Assembly: GCA_965248265.1 (NCBI GenBank)
Contig: CBDFJF010000001.1
Coordinates: forward strand, 1,248,001 to 1,312,000
Source: Candidatus Latescibacterota bacterium
GTDB lineage: Bacteria; Latescibacterota; UBA2968; UBA8231
DNA: 64,000 nucleotides
Reading direction: 5' to 3'
A program made the position numbers and the translations under genes. The notes under the pieces were generated by a model that worked only from the letters and a program-made list of their open reading frames with translations, did no database searches and was not told the origin of the DNA. Positions within the stretch are counted from its first letter, which is position 1, and every line of letters begins with the position of its first letter. Shown here in pieces: positions 56,844 to 64,000 of the stretch.

Positions 56844-58262
56844 ATGCCGACCAAGTCAACTGACAAACCCAACATCCTGTATTTGGTTGCCGACCAGCAG
56901 AAGGCAAACGCGACAGCCCCCTACGGCAATCGCCTGATCGACTGCCCCTGCACGGAGCGTTTCGCGCGCGATGGGGTCGTCTTCGGCAACGCTCACGTGG
57001 TCAGCACCATCTGCACCCCTAGCCGGGCGTCCGTCATGACCGGCGTCCACCCCCTCGTGCACCAAGTCACCTGCTGGCAGAACAACGCCCCCTGGAACCT
57101 GCCGCAACTGGCCGAGTTGTTTGCTGCTGGAGGCTACTACACTGGTGTGGCCGGCCACTACGAACTCGGTCAAAACCTGGGCCGAGGATGGCACGAGCAA
57201 GCCGATCTGTTCGCGCGCGGTGGTGGTTTTGGCGAGGCCCTCGACCACAAGTACTCCCGCGGCCGCGCTGATTGTGGCTATTCCAGTGGCAGCATCGACA
57301 TCCACGCCAGCGAAGGACATTCAGCACTGCTGGGCAGCAAGGGCATTCAGATGATCGACAACGCGCAGGTTGCCGGTGCCCCCTTCTTCATTCACGTGTC
57401 GTTCAACGATCCGCACCCACCCTACTTCGCGCCACCACCCTTCGATACCCTCGTCGATCCTGAATCCGTGACGCTGCCGGACCCTGGTGGTGCTGGCCGG
57501 CCACAATGGCAGTCGCGCGCACGTGCCGAAGTCGGGTATGAAACGGCGTCTCCCGCTGAGCTACGACAGGCCCTGGCTGTCTACTACGGCATGATCGCTT
57601 ACGTCGACACCCAGATGGAACAAATATACCAGGCGCTGGAAGCCCGAGACCTGCTGGAGAGCACGTGGATCCTCTTCGCCGCCGACCACGGCGACTTCAT
57701 GGGCGAAAAGGGACTGTTCGAGAAGTGCGAGGTGCCGTACGGCTGTCTGACCCACGTGCCGCTCATCATCGTGCCACCGAGGGGGCAACCTCAACCGGGT
57801 CCCGACAGAGTTGACCACTTGGTGCAGAGCGTCGATTTCTTCCCGACCCTTCTCGGCTTGGCTGGTCTCGAAGTGGCCTCCTATACGCAGGGCAAAGACC
57901 TTCTTCCATGGTTGAGAGAGGGAGCCCGCGAACCGTTGCACGAATGCCTCTTCGCCCAGGTAGGCGATTACCAGGGGGATCTCAAGAACACGTTTCCCGG
58001 TGGCACCTTCGAATCAGGACGCCGGAAGGCCCTGGTCCAATCTGCCAGAACCACCGAGCATCTCTACATCCGTGATGACGAATGCGGTAATGAGGCCTAT
58101 GATCTGGGTGCGGATCCTTCCGAACTGCACAACGAGCTATCAGCCGGTGGCTCGGAACCGGTGTGGACCGATTCCATGCTAGGACGTGTGGATGATTGGG
58201 AGCAAAAGTGCCTGGAGCTGCGCGCGCAGCTGGGTGTGGTTCCAGGGGAACGGGGCTTTTAA
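56844..58262 (+). CDS. Cys-type sulfatase
   Basis: ICTPSRASVMTG, DPHPP, ADHGDFMGEKG..EK. Confidence 0.9.
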   Translation: MPTKSTDKPNILYLVADQQKANATAPYGNRLIDCPCTERFARDGVVFGNAHVVSTICTPSRASVMTGVHPLVHQVTCWQNNAPWNLPQLAELFAAGGYYTGVAGHYELGQNLGRGWHEQADLFARGGGFGEALDHKYSRGRADCGYSSGSIDIHASEGHSALLGSKGIQMIDNAQVAGAPFFIHVSFNDPHPPYFAPPPFDTLVDPESVTLPDPGGAGRPQWQSRARAEVGYETASPAELRQALAVYYGMIAYVDTQMEQIYQALEARDLLESTWILFAADHGDFMGEKGLFEKCEVPYGCLTHVPLIIVPPRGQPQPGPDRVDHLVQSVDFFPTLLGLAGLEVASYTQGKDLLPWLREGAREPLHECLFAQVGDYQGDLKNTFPGGTFESGRRKALVQSARTTEHLYIRDDECGNEAYDLGADPSELHNELSAGGSEPVWTDSMLGRVDDWEQKCLELRAQLGVVPGERGF

Positions 58263-58310
58263 CATTGCGCGGGTGCGCCGGTGACGAGGATCGTCGACTC
58301 AGTATCGTAA

Positions 58311-59036
58311 TCAACCGTGTGACAGGTACGGCGTGGGATCGGGCTCGACTTCGGCGAAGAGTGTGTCGACGAAGTCCGCGATACTGAAAAGACGGCAGTC
58401 GGAGGCCCCCACCAGCCCGCGTCGCATTCTACCCAATCCATCCCAGAAAGCACCGAGTGTTGGCCGGTCGAGATGGGAGAAAGGCACGTCAGAATCGAGT
58501 GCACGCTGTCGGCTCCAGACCATGGCCTCTACGACGTGACAATAGGTCGAAGACTCGTAGTCGACGCCGAGCATGAGCAGTTTACCCCCGCGCTGGTAGG
58601 CTCTGTACATGGGCGAGTGGGTCCCGTAGGTTCGCCCCCATGGCTCGAGATCCCAGGGCGAAACCAGTCCGTGCGAGCTGCGGTGGTCAGCGACGAAGAC
58701 GGCGGCGGCGGGACCGCGGGCGGCCACTGAATGGGAGTAGTGATCAGAGCGGACGGTGCCTGGCAGCTTGCGGAAATACTCCGTGATCCATCCGACCGTC
58801 GACCGTGTCGAGGAGATGTTCCAGTCGCGGCGCAAGGCCAGCGTGTTCCTCAAGTTGAACGAGGGCAAGAGGAGCAAGCCGCCGGGACCAACGGCAGCCT
58901 CGAGCGCTCGCACGACGGTCGCGACCCCTCCGTCGACCGCCCCAAGGCTCTTGAAGGATGAGTGGATGAACAGGAGGTCGCCCGGATGGATCCCGAGCCT
59001 CCTGAGATCGTTTTGCAGTCGTTCTTGCGTCCACAT
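58311..59036 (-). CDS. AAC(3)/YokD family N-acetyltransferase
   Basis: LGI.PGD.L.IHSS.KSLG, G.ITEYFR..PG..RS.H..HS.AA.G, LGV.Y.SST..H..E. Confidence 0.88.
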   Translation of the reverse strand: MWTQERLQNDLRRLGIHPGDLLFIHSSFKSLGAVDGGVATVVRALEAAVGPGGLLLLPSFNLRNTLALRRDWNISSTRSTVGWITEYFRKLPGTVRSDHYSHSVAARGPAAAVFVADHRSSHGLVSPWDLEPWGRTYGTHSPMYRAYQRGGKLLMLGVDYESSTYCHVVEAMVWSRQRALDSDVPFSHLDRPTLGAFWDGLGRMRRGLVGASDCRLFSIADFVDTLFAEVEPDPTPYLSHG

Positions 59037-59052
59037 GTGGGTTACCGGAGCC

Positions 59053-60087
59053 TCAATTTCTCTGACCCGATGCGAAGCGGGGCATCACCGACCTGGCAAA
59101 CAGATCCAGCCCATCCGTTTCTGGGGCATCCGTGAACCACAGAATGAAATGACTGATGCCCAGTTCGACATAGCGCGACAATTGTTGAGTGACCTCGTCG
59201 GGCGTACCGATCAACCAGGTCGATGCGATCGACTCGGGTAGCTCATCGGTTGAGCCGCTCAGATAAGAGCTCAAATCCGGGTCAGGGCTCTGGCTTGGGT
59301 CTATATTCGCCATTGCCCTCAGTTGCTCCCTGACGTTGTCCGGGCTCTCCACTACAAGAATCTGGATCTCGAGACTGCGCTCGATCTCGTCGACATCGCG
59401 GCCCACCTGCTCACAGGCCGCAGCCAACAGAGCCAGACTTTGTTGCAGCGACTCACTGTCCGTCGGTACGCTGTTCCAGCCCTGACCGTAACGCGCACAG
59501 GCTGCCAGGATATGCGGATGCGCCTCGCCAAACCATACGGGCGGATGGGGGCGTTGCACCGGCCGAGGATGACACACCGCCTCTTTTGTCTGGTAGCGGG
59601 GCCCGTTGAAGGTGACCGGTGATTCACTCTGCCACAGGGCCAGAGTCAACTCCAGGCCCTCGACCGTGGCCGCAATCCGCTCTTCAGCTGTATCCGGATA
59701 GGGCAGCCCATAGGCATAGTGTTCGGCCTCACCGAAGGCGGGATCGGCGAAAAAGATGAACCGTCCCCCCGATATTTGGTCCAGGGTAGCGCCCATCTTG
59801 GCCGCCAATGCCGGATGGCGGAAAAAGTGTGCTTGGTGCAGCAGTCCCAGCCGCGCTTGTTGGGTGGAACCGGCCAGGGCAGCCAGGGTTGTCCATCCTT
59901 CCAGAACCGCGTCATCGCGGCCAAGTATCAAGTGATCTGCCACCCACAGTGAGTGGTATCCCAGCTGGTCTGCCCGCCGAGCCAGTTCCAGCGTGTCAGC
60001 AGTCGACAGCTCCGGGTAGTTGGGGGTCCGAAACAGTCGAGGGCCGGGCATGGCGAAAATTGGGACACTGTAACCGAATTGGATCAT
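59053..60087 (-). CDS. LLM-class flavin (possibly F420)-dependent oxidoreductase
   Basis: LWVADH, EGWTTLAALA, RHPALAAKM.ATLD.ISGGR, PRPVQRPHPPVW, IGTPDEV. Confidence 0.88.
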   Translation of the reverse strand: MIQFGYSVPIFAMPGPRLFRTPNYPELSTADTLELARRADQLGYHSLWVADHLILGRDDAVLEGWTTLAALAGSTQQARLGLLHQAHFFRHPALAAKMGATLDQISGGRFIFFADPAFGEAEHYAYGLPYPDTAEERIAATVEGLELTLALWQSESPVTFNGPRYQTKEAVCHPRPVQRPHPPVWFGEAHPHILAACARYGQGWNSVPTDSESLQQSLALLAAACEQVGRDVDEIERSLEIQILVVESPDNVREQLRAMANIDPSQSPDPDLSSYLSGSTDELPESIASTWLIGTPDEVTQQLSRYVELGISHFILWFTDAPETDGLDLFARSVMPRFASGQRN

Positions 60088-60095
60088 GTGGCGAA

Positions 60096-61286
60096 TCACA
60101 CCTTCTGCTTTGTCGTGAGTATCGTCCTGCGGCGATATTCTGTCGAGGAGCGGTAGAGAGCAACGGCGCAGAAAAGGGCGACCAGCATCAGCCCCACGCT
60201 GATCGCGAACGGCTGCGCGGAACTGACGTCCATGAGGTACCCCCCGCCGAGACCGCCGGTGAGCATGCCGGCGCTCCACACGAAGTGGGCAAAACCGACG
60301 AGACGGCCCTGCTCGCCGGGTCTGGCCACCAGCTGGAGGAGGCCCGGCATCGTCGTCGAGAGAGACCAGGCTGATGCGGTCGCCAGCGTGCCGAATACGT
60401 AGATTCCCGTGATCGAATCAGAATAGAAAACCAGACCGAGGGCACTGAGTGTCTCGAGTGCTGCGGCGACGAAGATGGGTCGCCACCTTCCGATTCGGTC
60501 ACAGAGACGGCCGGTGGCGATCTGACAGAGGGCGGCGATGGCGAGTGTGGCAGCGCTGAATGTCGACACGGCCGTGTTCGACTCGGTCAGGCGGAAGATG
60601 AGAAGCGGGAGAATGAGCGTCACGGCTCCCCAGTAGCACGTCGGTAGATAGCGCAGGCCCATAAGGAACCAGATTTCCCGACGTGCACTGAGGGAGGTTC
60701 GCCGCTCTTCCGCTTTGGCCTCCGGTCGATCGGCTTCGATAGCGGGAAGGACAAGACCGGCAACCAGGACAAGCCCGACCGACCCGGCTATGAACAGACG
60801 TCCCAGGTAATCATACCCGTGGGCATCCGCGATGGGACCGGCGAAGAGATTGCCCAGCGACGTGCCCAGGGTGTTGCCGATGAAGTATCCGGCAGAGGCG
60901 GTACCGATACGCTTCGCGCCGACGGCGCTGATGAGATAGCTCTGGCCACCCGCACTGTCGAACCCGGCAGTCACCCCGATGCCGATGCATAAGAGCGCCA
61001 GCGACGCCGGATCCCCGGTCAGGAAGACAGCTCCGCCGATCAGCGGGCCGACCGTGCCGATGAGGTAGGCGCGCTTGGGGCCCCAGCGATCGGCGAGGCG
61101 GCCCGCGATGAGGGCGATGACACCACCAAGGATCAGGAACGTGGATCGTAGTCCAGCCGCGAAGAACGGGCTGCGGGCGAGATCGGCGTCGACGTAGACC
61201 GGCAGCAGCGCGTATCTTGGCGCACTCAGGAAACTGATCAGGAAAGAAACGAAGAGCAGGGCGAGGAAGCGTCGGTTGCGTAGCAT
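60096..61286 (-). CDS. MFS transporter
   Basis: GRLADRWGPKR and GRLCDRIGR motif A; about 12 TM helices. Confidence 0.88.
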   Translation of the reverse strand: MLRNRRFLALLFVSFLISFLSAPRYALLPVYVDADLARSPFFAAGLRSTFLILGGVIALIAGRLADRWGPKRAYLIGTVGPLIGGAVFLTGDPASLALLCIGIGVTAGFDSAGGQSYLISAVGAKRIGTASAGYFIGNTLGTSLGNLFAGPIADAHGYDYLGRLFIAGSVGLVLVAGLVLPAIEADRPEAKAEERRTSLSARREIWFLMGLRYLPTCYWGAVTLILPLLIFRLTESNTAVSTFSAATLAIAALCQIATGRLCDRIGRWRPIFVAAALETLSALGLVFYSDSITGIYVFGTLATASAWSLSTTMPGLLQLVARPGEQGRLVGFAHFVWSAGMLTGGLGGGYLMDVSSAQPFAISVGLMLVALFCAVALYRSSTEYRRRTILTTKQKV

Positions 61287-61416
61287 GGAGCAAATATGCT
61301 GGCACGCGATGGCCGCGTCGATGTGGACGGCAGGGGCTGAGGTTGCCACAACAGGTCGATGTGACGTTTCTTACATGCCTCTATCGTGACAATCACCCCT
61401 TTGGACGGAGGAACGG

Positions 61417-62184
61417 ATGTACCCCAATCCCCTTAAAGAAAAGATTCACTCTGGCAACCTTGTCCTGGGTACGTCGTTGCCAGTGTTTACCCCGCACTTC
61501 GCTGGCGTGGTCATAGCCACGAATCCCGAGTTCCTGTGGATCGATACCGAGCATTCGCCGTATGGGATCGAAGCTCTGGACGTGATTCCGGTTCTGGCGC
61601 GGAACAAGGGAGTGGCCCCCATGATACGGGTCGCGTGGAACGACCCTACACTCATCAAGAAAGCCTACGATGCTGGCGCTGTTGCCGTGATGGTACCGCA
61701 GGTGGATACGGCCGAAGACGCCGCCCGCGCCGTGCAGTACGCCAAGTACCCACCCGAGGGCAATCGTGGACTGACCCCGTCCTGGACGCGGGTGGCGGGT
61801 GAGGACTTCGGTCACGTGATCAGGACCGCCAATGAAGAAACCGTGGTCGTGTTGCAGGTTGAGAGCCGGGAGGCCTTCGACAACCTGGAGGACATGGCCA
61901 AGGTACCTGGAGTGGATGTCCTGTTCGTCGGCCCGCTGGACCTTTCCGCCTCAGTGGGGACGATTACGGAAACGAATTCCGCCCAAGTTCGTGAGATCAT
62001 GAAGGAGGTGCCGCGCATACTCTCCGGCACCCCGGTAGCGCCGGGAACTACCTGCGCCGATGTGGCCGATGCCCAGGAAAAAATCGGGTGGGGGTATCGC
62101 TACGTGAGCGTCAGCCATGTGTTGAACGCAGGGGCACAGCTGGTGAAAAACGCGTTGGAAACCGTCAGAGACAGCGCTCCGTGA
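61417..62184 (+). CDS. HpcH/HpaI aldolase family protein
   Basis: WIDTEH, YDAGA..VMVP.V, KYPPEGNRG, QVES, FVGPLDLS. Confidence 0.9.
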   Translation: MYPNPLKEKIHSGNLVLGTSLPVFTPHFAGVVIATNPEFLWIDTEHSPYGIEALDVIPVLARNKGVAPMIRVAWNDPTLIKKAYDAGAVAVMVPQVDTAEDAARAVQYAKYPPEGNRGLTPSWTRVAGEDFGHVIRTANEETVVVLQVESREAFDNLEDMAKVPGVDVLFVGPLDLSASVGTITETNSAQVREIMKEVPRILSGTPVAPGTTCADVADAQEKIGWGYRYVSVSHVLNAGAQLVKNALETVRDSAP

Positions 62185-62206
62185 CGGGCACTAGCGCCGC
62201 AAGGCT

Positions 62207-63454
62207 CTAGTGCCTGCCAGGTAGATCGAGGCAGACGATCTCCGCCATATTACGCAGGTACAACCGCCCGCCCGCCAGACTGGGCGTCGTCCAGCACCGG
62301 TCGCTCAACACCTGGGCGCTGGTTACCTCCACGTGGGCGTCGGGATTGGCCTCCACCATGGCGAGCTTGCCGTCGTCCCCCAGCACGATCAGGAGGCCAT
62401 CCGCCAGGATGAGGGTACCCTTGCCGTAGCCCCGGGCCTTCCATCGCTCATGGCCGGTCCGGGCATCCACGCACTTGAATATCGCCTCGTCGAAGCCGTA
62501 GATGGCTCCCTGGTGATACACCGACGTGCTGATGTGATTCTTCATTTGTTGGTTGAACCACACTTCCCTCACGCTCGGACCGGCTTCGGTAAGCTCCATC
62601 TGCAACACCGCGCCCCCCATGCCGTAACCGGAAGAAACGAAGACGCGGTCAGGGGCGATGAACACCGGCGTCGCCGGATGTTGGCCGAATTCGGTCGGCC
62701 ATTCGTGGCGCCAGTAAATCTGTCCGCTTGGCGATATTGACACCAGGGCCTTACTCGTAAAGAACAGAAGTTGCCTGAAACCCTGCGCATTCACGGCGAT
62801 CGGTGAGGAGTAGCCGACCGGGTCCCCCCCACTGGCCCACACGAGCTCGCCAGTCATCTTGTCGAAAGCCATGATCGCTCTTTCGTCTCCCCCGACTCCA
62901 GTATTCACCAGCACGGTATTGCCCTCGACAAGCGGCGACCCCGTGAACGCGAAGGCCGGCCGCTTGCGCCCGAACTCTGTGCGCAGATTGTGCTGCCAGA
63001 TCGTGCGACCGGAAGCGGCCTCCAGAGCCAGCAGCTCACCGTGCGCTCCCAGCGCGTAGACGCGGTCCCCATCGACGGTCGGCGTTGACCGCGGTCCGTT
63101 TCCGTACGTCTGCATGAACTTGTCCCCGCTGCGGCGCTTCCAGACTTCACTGCCGTCGGCGGCATCAAGGCTCACCACGAATTCGCCCGATTCGGTGGCA
63201 TGCATCGTGTAGACCCTCGAATTCGCGATCGACAAACCGGAAAAGCCCTCCCCGATGGGTCGGCGCCAGACCTCCTTCGGGCCGCTTTCCGGCCAGGCCC
63301 TTTCCAGACGCGCTGTGCGAGAGACGCCATCCCGGTTCGGGCCGCGCCATTGCGGCCAGTCCTGCGTCCCATCGACGCCCGGCTCATCTCCCGAGTCCCC
63401 ATGGGCGGGAAACCCAATCATCAGCGTGATTACCAGCAAGGCTCTGCGATTCAC
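62207..63454 (-). CDS. PQQ-binding-like beta-propeller repeat protein (secreted)
   Basis: DWPQWRGPNRDG, GFSG, STPTV.G, YSSP, TTPSLAGGRLYLR. Confidence 0.88.
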   Translation of the reverse strand: MNRRALLVITLMIGFPAHGDSGDEPGVDGTQDWPQWRGPNRDGVSRTARLERAWPESGPKEVWRRPIGEGFSGLSIANSRVYTMHATESGEFVVSLDAADGSEVWKRRSGDKFMQTYGNGPRSTPTVDGDRVYALGAHGELLALEAASGRTIWQHNLRTEFGRKRPAFAFTGSPLVEGNTVLVNTGVGGDERAIMAFDKMTGELVWASGGDPVGYSSPIAVNAQGFRQLLFFTSKALVSISPSGQIYWRHEWPTEFGQHPATPVFIAPDRVFVSSGYGMGGAVLQMELTEAGPSVREVWFNQQMKNHISTSVYHQGAIYGFDEAIFKCVDARTGHERWKARGYGKGTLILADGLLIVLGDDGKLAMVEANPDAHVEVTSAQVLSDRCWTTPSLAGGRLYLRNMAEIVCLDLPGRH

Positions 63455-64000
63455 TCAATCCCCCTGCCTTCCACTACCGTGAGGAACTGATTGGCGGCTA
63501 TGTCATCTAACCGATCCATCTCACCGCTCGGCCATCTGATCTCCACCGCATCGGCAATCATTCGATCGCCGAGCCCGAAGCTCACCCTCAGGTCATTCTG
63601 CGACAGATAGCTGTAGCTGCCCCTGACCTCCTTCACCTGGTGCAGGTCCCCCGCCCGAACGGCGATGCGAGCTCCTATGCTGTGCCGTTTGCTTCCGGCC
63701 TCGAGGGCGCTGATCGTCAGCCAGTTGTGGGCGTTGCCCCCATCGTTGCGCAACAGAGACGCCCGCTGGCCTGAGTTACCCACCAGGAAGTCCATGTCGC
63801 CATCGTTGTCATAGTCGCCGAACGCACACCCCCTGCCGACGTTTATCAGACGGAGACCAGGCCCCGCTGAATCAGACACGTCATCATAGCGGTATCGGCC
63901 CCGAACGTCGGGACCGTCGTTGCGCAGCAGCAGATCCTGTTGCGCGTAGGAAGTGAAGGAATCGACGGCTTTCGCTTGGTCTTGGACATGCCCGTTGACG
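63451..64000 (-). CDS. CRTAC1/ASPIC-UnbV (FG-GAP) family protein, 5' end outside window
   Basis: RGCAFGDYDNDGD.D, LLRND, IGARI, SYLSQND...FGLG, IRWPSG. Confidence 0.9.
   Translation of the reverse strand, partial: VNGHVQDQAKAVDSFTSYAQQDLLLRNDGPDVRGRYRYDDVSDSAGPGLRLINVGRGCAFGDYDNDGDMDFLVGNSGQRASLLRNDGGNAHNWLTISALEAGSKRHSIGARIAVRAGDLHQVKEVRGSYSYLSQNDLRVSFGLGDRMIADAVEIRWPSGEMDRLDDIAANQFLTVVEGRGIE

Noticed and set aside
58311-59036. Aminoglycoside resistance gene
   Set aside because: The AAC(3)/YokD family includes many non-resistance acetyltransferases, and there is no mobile context.
62207-63454. bamB
   Set aside because: No lipobox and no bam/der gene context; it matches the expanded DWPQWRGP beta-propeller family.
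1-64000. Hundreds of overlapping and antisense ORFs in the track (e.g. 49619-50995 minus, 55573-56823 minus, 12511-13245 minus)
   Set aside because: They are shadow ORFs of motif-bearing genes in GC-rich DNA and have no family motifs of their own.
1-64000. CRISPR array, tRNA, rRNA, integrase or transposase
   Set aside because: No regularly spaced repeats, RNA gene signatures or recombinase motifs were seen by eye.

Overview
GC-rich bacterial genomic DNA from a diderm: it has outer-membrane barrels, sigma54 systems and many sulfatase, Gfo/Idh/MocA, aldolase and PQQ genes. This gene content resembles Latescibacterota/Gemmatimonadota/PVC-type environmental lineages, but the taxonomy is inference only. 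There are about 55 CDS; I saw no rRNA, tRNA, CRISPR or intact transposase. Main observations: (1) a ~13 kb locus (3.6-16.3 kb) with three outer-membrane barrels/porins, secreted hypotheticals, an adenylate cyclase, an NtrB/NtrC-type two-component system, a PAP2 phosphatase and a VTC (polyphosphate-polymerase fold) + DUF4956 pair. Three sigma54 promoters in it each carry a shared upstream TGCTGA-N4-YKAGC enhancer-like motif, suggesting an undescribed sigma54-controlled cell-envelope phosphate/polyphosphate system. (2) A selenocysteine peroxiredoxin (in-frame UGA at the catalytic position plus a SECIS-like hairpin) that the ORF track misses. (3) A membrane-anchored 7TM one-component sigma54 activator directly followed by palindromic repeats, a consensus sigma54 promoter and candidate target genes. 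(4) Two paralogous, internally duplicated proteins of unknown family. (5) A CTAG-flanked MITE and a second dispersed short inverted-repeat family. (6) Many gene stubs and deletion scars. All family calls come from reading motifs by eye; no database searches were run.
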